Below, one piece after another: positions 1-20,398 of a stretch of 64,000 bases of DNA. The DNA is from Tubiluchus corallicola (lineage: Eukaryota; Animalia; Priapulida): positions 620,001 through 684,000 of the forward strand of contig JAQGDQ010000076.1 of assembly GCA_030141605.1 (NCBI GenBank). Reading direction: 5' to 3'. Below the pieces are notes generated by a model, which had not been told where the DNA came from, did not search any database, and saw only the letters and a list, made by a program, of their open reading frames with translations. Within the stretch, counting starts at the first letter, position 1, and each line of letters starts with the position of its first letter. A program made the translations under genes and the position numbers.

Positions 1-18
1 CATATCTTCAGATCACTA

Positions 19-631
19 CCGTATTTTCCCATGTATAAGAGACCCTTGTGTATAAGAGACCCCTTCAATTTTTAGGCAAAAATTCTGGAAAAAAGTTTTT
101 TGGTAATGAATAACTTTATTCATCATAAAAATCATTAAATTCCTCATCACTCTCATCAAAAATATCAACTGGAGTCAGACCTTCAGCAATTCCAGCCAGT
201 TCATTGTATTGCTTACAACCGCTTCATAGTCGAACGCGACACGCCTTGCTTAGGCTGACTCATCTCGTTGACCTCTGCCGACGTATCAATGACGTCGACG
301 GGCATGCAGAGAGCTTATGCAGATGCGTTGATTGGCTGCAGAACAATCGATTTCTCTCCAATACCAAAGAGACATTTAAAAAAATAATAACTTACCCGGT
401 ACATTAATTTTATCATTAGAATTTAGCCATGGAGAAGATTTATTGAAAGGAAACTATAATTATTCGAAATAAAACAGTTGTAGAGCACTTATTTCTTTAA
501 AATCATTAGTGTCACAATTTATGCATCTTATTGAAAAGACTTACTCCCATGTATAAGAGACCCCCTATTTTTAAAGTGAAAATTCTGAGCAAAAAAGGGT
601 CTCTTATACACTTATACAAGGGAAAATACGG
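19..631. mobile_element. Non-autonomous Tc1/mariner (Tc2/pogo-type) MITE
   Basis: Terminal inverted repeats CCGTATTTTCCC..TGTATAAGAGACCC (from 19) and GGGTCTCTTATACA..GGGAAAATACGG (to 631), flanked by TA at 17-18 and 632-633. CCGTA termini with TA target duplication are typical of Tc2/pogo-like elements. No transposase. Confidence 0.85.
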
Positions 632-1027
632 TAATTGCTGTTTCTTGTTTGGTTCATACAGCAATTTAAATTTTTGACAGCAGGTTAACTCTTTAGTATG
701 TCTTTATATGTGCCCACAGTTTATCCATAAATCATTAGTTACTTTCCCAACTTAACTAAGAAAATTAGAAAAAAAGTTTAGAAATTTAGTTTGCAGTGCA
801 TAAAAACCACAATTTTTTTACTTCTTGGCTGAAAAAATAATTTACTTGTTCATGTGTTTACTGCATAATTGCAGCTATTTACATTAGATTTGCAACTAAT
901 TGGCGTGATTCAAAGTATGTATTTTGAATCGTTAGACATTTATTGTTGATCCACCAGTGCATGAGGCAAACAATTAATTAAAAACAGGTACTTTAATGGC
1001 AACTATGTGGGACTGGAGGTGGTTGTA

Positions 1028-2419
1028 TTATTCGCTTGGGAAACCATACTTTGCTTCACCCTCCGTTTTGTAGATAGTACACGTCATTTGCAACACTGTA
1101 ATAATATGTGATGTTGAGGCATTAGAGAAAAATGCAGATTTTACAGTTACTAAGCATATGGGAAGCTGTAATATCATATAAATGCCAACAATGTGAATGA
1201 TAATTTTTAATCGTCGGCTGGTAGAACCCGAAACCTTCTTCGACATCTTTGCCTTTACTTCTTGATTTTTTCTTATTGCATTGTAGGTTCTGTCGCAAAA
1301 TGATGCTGAAATAAAAATTAGCAAAAGAAAAAATGTTGATGTTCGTATAGTGGCTGTTAAGTATGGACCTCTGTTTGTATATGTAATATGTAAAATGTTT
1401 GACTAGTGGCAGCATTCCATTCTCAGCAGACAGCAAAGCGTAGATGGAAAATGCCCAGTCTGAAATGATTGATTTTTAATCTAGCATTGTGTGTGGATAA
1501 ATTATCTTTAAACAGTAATCTAGCAACAATACTATCACGGCATGTGCAGATTCCAAGTAGCCAAAGAAGTGGAAAACAAAACAGAGCTAACACTATTCCG
1601 TTCAATCGGCAAGAGTAAAAATTTTTAGTTCATATGAATTCCAATGATAAAGAACTTCATAGCAAAACCCCATGCCCTAAGAAACACCACCTGTGAGCAA
1701 AATGCAATCGCTAGCATGGTAATATTAATGCTGTACATTTGCAGAATTGCTCCACTCAGGTATTGCAGAACGTGATACTTCATTTGAATACCAGAGTCAG
1801 CAAGAATAATGGTTAAGACGTTAGATATTCCATCGAAATAAGCGTTAGCTCTTGTGTACATAATATGTAGCTGATCATGTGTATTAATCACTGGCTTTTT
1901 CTCTTCAAAGTACGTACAGTGGCAACTGCTTTTCAACTGATACTTATGTGTAAGCTTCTAGCTGTGAACAGCTTCATATACTTACGAGTAACCGATTATT
2001 AGCACCAAGTTGTGATTCTGTCATAGGCCACCTGTTTTCTCTTTTTACACAAACACTTTGCTGAATCAGTGAAGAGGATTTTCATGCTATCTTAGGCTAA
2101 CTTGTTGGATCTTTGAAAGTTTGTCTTTGTTGTTGCATATCCATTCGTTTGCTTATTGTGACCTTGGAATTTTTACCAGGAGTTTACAATCACAAAGAAG
2201 TAAAAGGCTTGTAAAAGGCTTCCTTTCTCCTTCGCATCAATCATTTGAGTTTTCTCCAATTACAGACATTTTTCTCCTCTCTGAGCTTTATCTTGTATCT
2301 GATGCATGCTCTAATTAACAAGAAATTATGTAACTGCGTACTTCTGCCTCTATTTCAAATGGAAAGATGTTTTTGCATTTAAGCTTGGTAGAAGTTATAC
2401 AGAAATGTAACGGTGTTGC
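1028..2419 (-). pseudogene. Probable decayed LRR-containing GPCR (LGR/RXFP/GRL101-like), nested antisense in a Sec23 intron
   Basis: Minus-strand fragments with stops and frameshifts in the expected order: LRR-like KLSKIQQVSLR*HENPL, hinge-like CHCTYF...DGISNVLTIILADSGIQ, several hydrophobic segments, then TM5-basic loop-TM6-like LIFISASFC..YNAIRKNQEVKAKMSKK..RRLKIIIHIVGIYMILQLPICLV. Confidence 0.45.
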
Positions 2420-2839
2420 TTTTTATGTTTAGAGCCCAAGAGTAGTTCCTAAGCTAAGTCTTGCTTGTTGTAGTTGCCATAAAAAATTGGCAAATTCTGC
2501 ATCACATCCGGAAAAAACTAAAAAAACAAACTAAAAAGAGACTTTTTTTATAATATATTTCCTACTTGGATGCACTGCATTTTATCATATTGTTACTTTT
2601 GAATAATTTGACAATCATTTTTCTGTGAAGTGGTAAACAAATATCTATGAGTCTGTGGACGATACAGAAAAATACAAATATTTCGGCATCAATTATGGGT
2701 CCAGCACATTCTCTTCATTCTCTTTCAGTGAGTCCCAAGGACACAGCTGGTAAACGTAAAAATTCTAAATCCTTCCCTACATTATACTAATGAAGAAAAA
2801 GAAGAAGAAGAATGGTCCCATTGCTAATACACTAATAAC

Positions 2840-3075
2840 ATAGGATAGGTAGTATGGCACCTATATTCGTAACCTGGTGTAAATGAACGTGTAACGGACA
2901 TGTAATTGAACTCGTCACTCGGTAACCTTTTCCCCGATACTTGGAAAGCTGCTCATTTAACGCTGAATAGACATAAGAAGGCAGCCGGAGTCATGTCTTA
3001 AAAGTCCCAACATGTGAATAAAATTCAAACCCAGAAACCAAGCGTAGTGTCATTCGGCCGCCTCGCACCCCTCGG
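2840..3075 (-). mobile_element. Degenerate tRNA-derived SINE, possibly with a Nin/Deu-like central domain
   Basis: Reverse complement shows B-box-like GGGTTTGAATT near 3020-3030 and a segment resembling the CACCCAGCTGTAAATGGGTAC core. Boundaries approximate. Confidence 0.35.
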
Positions 3076-3222
3076 GCACCCATAATGTATACCAAAATAT
3101 TTGTATTTCAACTAAAGACAACATCCATTGATCCATTCATATTTGTTTATTATAAAGAGCCCTTAATCAGTGTCATGTAATGAAATATTTTGGCATTCAG
3201 CACTTTAAATTTTTATCTACAT

Positions 3223-3265
3223 TACACTGATGAGGGCACCCGTAATGGGTGCCAGAATATTTGTA
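3223..3265 (+). ncRNA. Minimal type I hammerhead ribozyme-like motif (degenerate core)
   Basis: TACA-CTGATGA-G-GGCACCC-gtaat-GGGTGCC-AGAA-TA-TT-TGTA: stem I TACA/TGTA, CUGAUGA box, 7-bp stem II. The GAAA box reads AGAA here but is intact in the inverted partial copy at 2673-2702. Confidence 0.55.
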
Positions 3266-3462
3266 TTTTAGGACATATTATCATCTGTAGATCCAATCAT
3301 CTTTATTTAATATTTCATTGTATTGTGTAGAATATTTCCTGTTTTACATTGTTATTATTTTACTTCTGACTCATGTTGAGACTCCTGTATGATGCTTTTA
3401 ATAAATAATAAAAGCTATTGCTGTTGCTGTTGCCAATCATGCTAGATCGTATTTTCCTCTAG

Positions 3463-7951
<4,489 letters not shown>

Positions 7952-8442
7952 CAGGCTCTTTTTCATTTTTATGAGGTTGCTCATATCACCTGCTTTTTCA
8001 ATCATGTTCTTTATTTAGGCTCCAGATCTGACTCTGGAGCTTGGGCTTGTGTTTTATCCCCACTTGATATGCCTGTAACGACAAATTGTAATTTCCCTTG
8101 GAAGCGACGGATCGAATTCATGTAGTTGTTACAGTTCGTTTGAGGTAACAGCCTCTTCTCCGTCGGTCATTGTACACATCAGTCTTTATTGACAAACATC
8201 TTGTGACAGTGTGTCCTACTGGTCAATTCAATTGACCCATTTAATATTCCTAAAAAAATCATTGCAAAACATTATGTTAGGTGTAGAATTATGAAATCAC
8301 ATTTGCTTTAGACATTTCAGTTGTCATAAGCTGTATAAACTTTGATTGGAGTTTTACTTAATTATATCTGTTAAATTCTTCTTGTGTCTAATGTATTTAT
8401 TTAGAGGGTATGTTGAAGCTGTACTTGTTGTAGAGTTTATTT

Positions 8443-8456
8443 AATAAAATAATAAA
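8443..8456 (+). terminator. Probable Sec23 polyadenylation signals
   Basis: Two AATAAA (8443-8448, 8451-8456) about 490 nt after the stop, followed by T-rich sequence. Confidence 0.6.
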
Positions 8457-10259
8457 CGAGTTTATTACTTTCTGATCTATGTTTTCAATTCTATTTTCTA
8501 CAGATATATGTATCCTTAGTTCTCCTTTTTTAACAAAGAGGACAGTGCATAATTCAGTGTTACTCCTTACTAACTATGTACACCTGCACTGCTTGTGTCA
8601 TCTTGGAAGCCGTTTTGGATGCCGTTATTCATATAGAATGGATATATGGAATGTAGACATTCAAACTCTCGACTCCCTAAAACCCCTTACAAGACTTCCC
8701 AAAAAGTACTATTTTGGATGCCATAGGTCTACGGGAAAGTGGCCAGAGCCTTGCTGGTTCTTGTGGCCCACCACGTGTGAGGCTGCATAAATTTCTTCTT
8801 TATATAATAGTTTAATAACAATATCACTAATGTGACTATTTTGCTTTTTAATGAAGTTGATTGCTTTCCTATAGTTAGATGAGTAGTGTCACTTTTGAGC
8901 ATCTGGTAAAACGTGACTGTTTCGCCATCCCAGGCTGACCAAAATATTTTATTAATCTTCCTGGCATGATATTGTAATTAATGCATTTGTTGAGCTGGTG
9001 AAGTGTACTCTGATTTTTATGCAATATCATCTGAATTTCGTTCAGTTTCTTACTCGATGACTGATTGCTAAAATGGCTGCACCTAACTGTCAGCACAGTT
9101 AAATTCACAAATTTAAAAAAAATACTGCTAATCTAAGCTCTCTGTGTGTGCAGTAAGTTACAGTGTAAGTGATGCAAAATTTCAAGAATATTATTTACAC
9201 TTTATTTATGAATTCTGTTTTCTTGTCTTTTAACTAAAGAAAGTTCAACTCCATAATGGAAAACGAGTAAACAGCGATTTTTGCTAAATTTAATTTTATT
9301 GGAGTGAGTTACAATAAATTCTATATACACAGTTTTTCGTTTTGAAGTCAAGGTCATTGGTAATATAATTCACATATATGTTTTGACTATTGAATTCCAT
9401 TCTAATTGCCTAGTATGTATACTTAAATAAGAAATTGAATATGTACATTTGCTGCAAAAATTCAAAATTATCAACAGTATCTTAGAAACTACAATCAAGT
9501 TTTCATAATTTTTTTTAATTTTTCAGATCTAATTACTAATAGCAGATCTAATTACTAATCTACGCAAATTTTTGTTCCATAATTGTGATGTAGTTCTTAT
9601 CTAAATAATAAATAAATGTTTTAAGAAGTAATGGTAGATTCTATTTAAAGGAATACAGTAATGATTTACAAATGTAATAATAATGTTTTGTAATCTACAG
9701 TACTTTTTTATGCAATCAAGTTCAATGGCCATTCATATTAAGAGGCTCAGTAAGAAGATGAAGATATAATGGTACAAGTCCAGAGAAAGAGAATTTATAT
9801 ATCTTGTTATTGATATAAAGTATCTTTATTGTTGATGTTCTTCAATAGAGTAAAGTTGTAATATTCAGAGAAACAGCTTTCTGATGGTAAGAATTCCAAG
9901 GAAAACACTGGATTTATAAGCAGTCGTTCTATATCAGAGTAAGCTTATGAGAAGTACATGAGTAAATAGTTAATGTTTAGGAGCCAGTGAGCAGAGGTCC
10001 TGAGAACACTTCCATAGAGGTAGTGAGAAAAGAAGCTTAATGTAGCAACCGGCGACGAGCAAAGAACTGCAGGGTGACTTAACTCAGACCAAACATATTG
10101 ACAATGCGATTTTGCAGTGTCCGTGCAGGCTGAATGGTCGACTTATAAAGACATAGTACTGAGTACTGATTTTGGAATTGGATACTATAACAACATTTTT
10201 CTTCATCATTGCCATCTTTAATCTGATCTTCAACAACATGAAGGGAGTCGGTGTTGCAG

Positions 10260-10265
10260 TTTATT
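10260..10265 (-). terminator. Candidate polyadenylation signal of the LAMP-family gene
   Basis: AATAAA on the minus strand about 340 nt after the stop codon. Confidence 0.4.
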
Positions 10266-10603
10266 TCTTAGAGTTACAAATACAGTGCTAACTACAAAAA
10301 ATTAAAGTTCTGCTAATGTCACACAAGCTTAATATATAGATTCTATTTTACTGAGCTGCCTTTTAAACAATTTATGGTACATAAAAAGAACTAATTCATA
10401 TTGGACCTGATAAAGGTTTTCTTACTCTCGGGATGGGGGCATTTGGTATTAGGCCAATCAGCATCTATGAACCAGTCATGTTGCCTGGGTATTGCATAAC
10501 TGTTCATTGAATTTTTAGCTAAGTGCTTGTCATACTGACATTCTTGAAATGTCAGAGTGACTGGCTGTCTCCCAGGTTAGTCCGATTTGTGATCCCCCTT
10601 CGC

Positions 10604-16165
<5,562 letters not shown>

Positions 16166-16200
16166 GATGCTGCAGTTGTGGTTAATGATCATCCATTGCC

Positions 16201-16207
16201 TATATAT
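16201..16207 (-). promoter_or_regulatory. Possible TATA box of the LAMP-family gene
   Basis: ATATATAG on the minus strand about 36 nt upstream of the ATG; implies a very short 5' UTR. Confidence 0.3.
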
Positions 16208-17769
16208 CCACTATCCTACGCATGAAAAATCAATCTCTTCTGAGGAAGCCTCGAGTGTGGGCTTCTAATAGGAATTTTTCTGTTCAAGGTATCCACAGAG
16301 ACGCTGCAGGCAGAACTACTATTATTCTATTATTTCTCCAGTATCAGCATGATATTCTATGATTATAAATCAGGTTATTTGTGTTTCATGCACGACTCTG
16401 CACGTCCTCAGAAGTTTGCAAAGCAACTATTGCAGATATTGACAACAAACGTATCAGCCGCTGCCGTCAACTATTTTTTATATAATCCTTACAATAATGA
16501 CTTTTTTACCTTGAAACGTATTTGCAAAATGCGCACTCAAAAACTAACATAATTCAAATGCTGAAAATTGTAAGAATGAATTAATTATTGTACTAGGTTA
16601 ACTAATTATAAGAAAAATCAATGGAAAAGCACATCAGAGACTGTCAGTTCACCTGCGATTCTGCGAATGCAAGATCAATTGATATTTCATTCCATTTTTC
16701 GTGAAATCAAGAATTCGGATTGTAGACGCTAATTCACGTTTGCATGATTAGTTACAAAGAAATGCAACGGATTGTTCAACGTCTTAGGGCTGTTGCCGTC
16801 GATAAATATTAGCATAATTTTGATGATTGGCCTATCGGCCTGGTGGGTCAATAAGAACTGTTTCACTTAATTCATTGTTCAATTAACAACTTAAAACCTA
16901 AGGAGTTAAACCGTGTTTACAAAAAAGAACTACGTAAGCACACTCACGTTAACACTTTGAAATCAGAGTAGTTTGTGAGGAAATGGCATTGAATCAAGAC
17001 TTGTTTAAAGATGAGGTGTTGTGTGATCAAGTGCTCAAGGAACTCGCTGGACTGGTTATCTTAAAAGTTTCTGATTCCTATCTAAAATCAGTCTGATTTT
17101 TTTCCCATTCCCTTCTTTAGGCCTTCCAGGTTCTTTCCGTCTATCAACGGTGAGGAAGTTTTTGAATACATTATCACAATAATATAGATAGATTAGATGC
17201 TGCTTGTTTTCGACAAGAATTGAATTAAACTTGTAACTTCACAAATTCAACACCTCTAAATTACTTCTTCCACTGCTGATTTTCGTATATATTTTCTTAA
17301 GAAACATATATATATATATGTTCAATTATAGACTAGTCATATGTAACTTATATAAATTGTTATTTTCGTGTTAATCGCGTATTGATAACCACGGGTTCAC
17401 AATTTTGAGGTAGTCGGCTGCATGGCTTCATTTTATTCCACAAAATAAGGACTCCTTATTCAGAACGGCACTCAGCAAGAATACGTTGTAATGACTTGCC
17501 GCAAAAATGACCATGATCAAACTTGCTTATAGACTGCAAGCAAACCAGTATCAGTCCCTGGCACATAGTTCTTAAAAAAGCCACTTTAAAACTATCATAT
17601 CAGCCAGCGTTATAAAACGTGAGTCACTGAATAATACTAATAAGTAATATCCACAATAAGGTATGCGCCTCTTAAATGTACTGAGATCCTAGGTAAATAA
17701 ATAAATGATGGGTTTTATTAAAAGCCACACCATAGCAGCAATAATTAAATAGAAGGTGTGAATATAATA

Positions 17770-18990
17770 ACAATATAGTCCAAACATAGCCTTTCATTTG
17801 TTCAATAGTACAGCATTATCGGTTGCTTTATATAATAGCGAACTATGGGGACCGTTTTGCACCAATTTTAAACGCAAAATTTCTAATAACAATGTATCTG
17901 CTGCGTACTATGATATAGAAGCAGAAATTTTAAATATAAAATTTTGTAGATATATCCTTGGAGTTAATAACAAATTTAGCAAAAACGCTGTACGGGGCGA
18001 ACTTGGTAAATACCCCATTGGTACAAATATAATCTGTCGAATAATTGGCTACTAAACACATGTAGTCAACCTGCCCAAACCTTCATTAGCACGTCTTTGG
18101 CACAATGAGTCATTTAATCAATGTAATCATAGAATCAATAGCAAGGCAGATATTTGCAAAAGATATTTTAGTACATCTTGGGTTTACACATGTTTGGGAA
18201 ATAAAATAAAATGGGTTTACACATCAATAAAAAGCGCCTTATTTGGGCAATGAAGATAAAATTAGAAATAGTCCATGTAGCAAATTGGAAACTTGAAATT
18301 AACAGGCCTACCACAAAAAATAATCAAGGAAATAAACTTAGAAACTACTGCAAATTTAAACTTGAGTTTGAGCTTGAAAATTATTTCATAGCGCAGAAAA
18401 TCCCAAGAAGGGCTAAAATAGCTTTTGCAAAATTCGGGATTAGTTCACATACTTTACCTATTGAAACAGGAAAACGTATCATAAATCAAAAGAGTTTCCT
18501 GTTAATCAAAGAGTATGCATATATTGCAAAGATACTGACGATGAGCAACATTCTTAATGTACTGTGATAAACATAAAATTGACAGAAAGATAGCCGTCAA
18601 TAAAATCTCAATCATATGTCCCGATTTTAGTAATATGAACAATGTTGACAACTATTTGTTTTTGGCAGGGAGCAAAGATCAAGAAATACTAACAATTGTT
18701 TGTAATCTAATAAACAAACGTTTTGTAAATAGGAAGAAGCTATAGAATTTTGTACTTATAAAATTGGATTGTTAACATAATTATCAATTTTAGTGTGTTG
18801 AATGTATATGTGAAGTTGGATTTATGACACACGTCAGTGTCTGATGTTGTTTTTGTTTTTTGTTTGTAATGTGCTAATTACACATACCTCCGTGTACTTA
18901 TATTATTTGTTTTGTCTGGTACTTTGTAATTAAAGAACGTATAATTTTGTTAATGTACTTTCACCCAATTATAAATTATAAATTATAATA
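17770..18990 (+). mobile_element. 5'-truncated, frameshifted non-LTR retrotransposon (RTE-X-like) ORF2 C-terminus and 3' tail
   Basis: YNSELWG...KFCRYILGV..SKNAVRGELGKYPI, NKLRNYCKFK..FELENY, FAKFGISSHTLPIETGK spread over three frames; ends in an (AATTATA)3 tail near 18967-18988. Confidence 0.8.
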
Positions 18991-19888
18991 CTGAAAATAG
19001 AGAAAAAGGAGTCAAAAGACACTTATGCAATAAAACATAAAATTATAAAAGAGACATTGCTTACATTACATGAAAAAAATTGAGAGAAATGGCATCATGA
19101 AGTCAGTAAAGCCAATTGTGACAATTAATCTTTTGTTGCTATAATTTAGAAAGAAGCTCGGCATTACTATTATTCTTTTAATTAAAACAAGCATTGCTGA
19201 ACGTTTGTAATGTTCTGTTCGAATTTTTGGCCAACAGCTTTCTAAATTCTAACGGTCCTTTTAGATATCACTTGCTCACTTTTTAAATTTAACACTATAT
19301 GCTACTAGCTAAAGTTGACTCTTGTGTCTTGTTCATAAAAGATAACACTTGATTCCGCTAAATTGTTGGCAAATATCAAGCTCTATCAAAAATAACATCT
19401 TGTTTATTCGTTTATTTACCTGATTGTAAGTAATGTATTGTGGCAATATGAAGGGTTAGTTATCTCATAGTCTTAAATGGTACATTTTCTTTGTATAGTT
19501 TCGCAGCGTCATTCCTTACTTTAGGACTAGTTAAATTGATGATTGTGGCTGTACCAAGTTTTACAAGCAATAAAGTGACTTGTTTTGTTAGGCATGGTAG
19601 CTAAAACAACGAAATGTCATGTTGCTGCAACGATTGGCTTTTTTGTAGATGATATAAACAAATTTCATGTTTTGAGTGACCGTTATACCGGGAATGTTGA
19701 CTTATTGTTCTTTCGAAGGGAGCTATAATGTTCCTGCCAGTAAGCGATTTGATTTGTTCTGCTGTCTGAGTATGTATCAGCTAAGTGAGATAATTTTACA
19801 CCATCAGCATAATACAATTTGTACAATCAATTATCCCAGAAATATCGTTTACAAAATTACAAATATTGCAAATAAAGCTGTTTTTGGC

Positions 19889-19955
19889 GGCTACTGTCCA
19901 TTTACTAACCAGATTCGAACAGCATTGGATGGTTTTAACGCTATATTTCCACTAA
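19889..19955 (-). mobile_element. 5S rRNA-derived SINE fragment
   Basis: Minus strand AATGCTGTTCGAATCTGGTTAGTAAATGGACAGTAGCC, same family as the 12808 and 56625 copies. Confidence 0.45.
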
Positions 19956-20154
19956 TGCACATATGTACATATCTACTCACGACCAGACGGTCTAGTGGTA
20001 ACGCGTCAGCTTTCTTAGTGGTAACGCAAGCTTACGTTAATTGTTCACCCAAAAAGCCGATTTGAAATAAAAATTATAATAATAACGCAAAATAATTGTT
20101 TTATCTTATTTTCTTGCGTTTTATTTAAATTTAAAAGGAAACATATCTCAACGA

Positions 20155-20398
20155 TTCAGCTCTTCAATTGCGTGAGTTATTGAGCTCATTCGTCTGTTTA
20201 GTTTGTGCGATTAACTACGCCTAGAGATTTTTTTGCACGGAAGCCGCATCATGGAGTAAACGCGTGTCGGTGTGTGTGTGTATAGCTAGCTGTATTGATC
20301 GTCTTTCAGTTTGATTTTGTTATAGTAATGTTGTTGACATGGTTTGTCCAAAATTTGAATAACAATTGGAAAAATCTATTATATCGTTTTTTATTGCG
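20155..20398 (+). promoter_or_regulatory. Putative non-coding first exon / promoter region of beta-spectrin
   Basis: CpG-enriched segment ending in a strong donor CG|GTAAGA (20399). The first coding exon starts at an acceptor (23971), so an upstream exon is needed. Start approximate. Confidence 0.4.

Noticed and set aside
204-407. 67-aa ORF
   Set aside because: Lies inside the MITE, starts at TTG and has no recognisable domain.
8479-8790. 103-aa ORF downstream of Sec23
   Set aside because: Beyond the probable poly(A) signals, with no motif or splice support.
9525-9560. Tandem duplication of CAGATCTAATTACTAAT
   Set aside because: Two copies only; ordinary slippage, not a CRISPR-like array.
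16983-17096. 37-codon ORF MALNQDLFKDEVLCDQVLKELAGLVILKVSDSYLKSV
   Set aside because: Protein-like composition but too short, with no homology or splice evidence.
19676-20065. 129-aa ORF
   Set aside because: GTG start, overlaps a SINE remnant, no recognisable domain.
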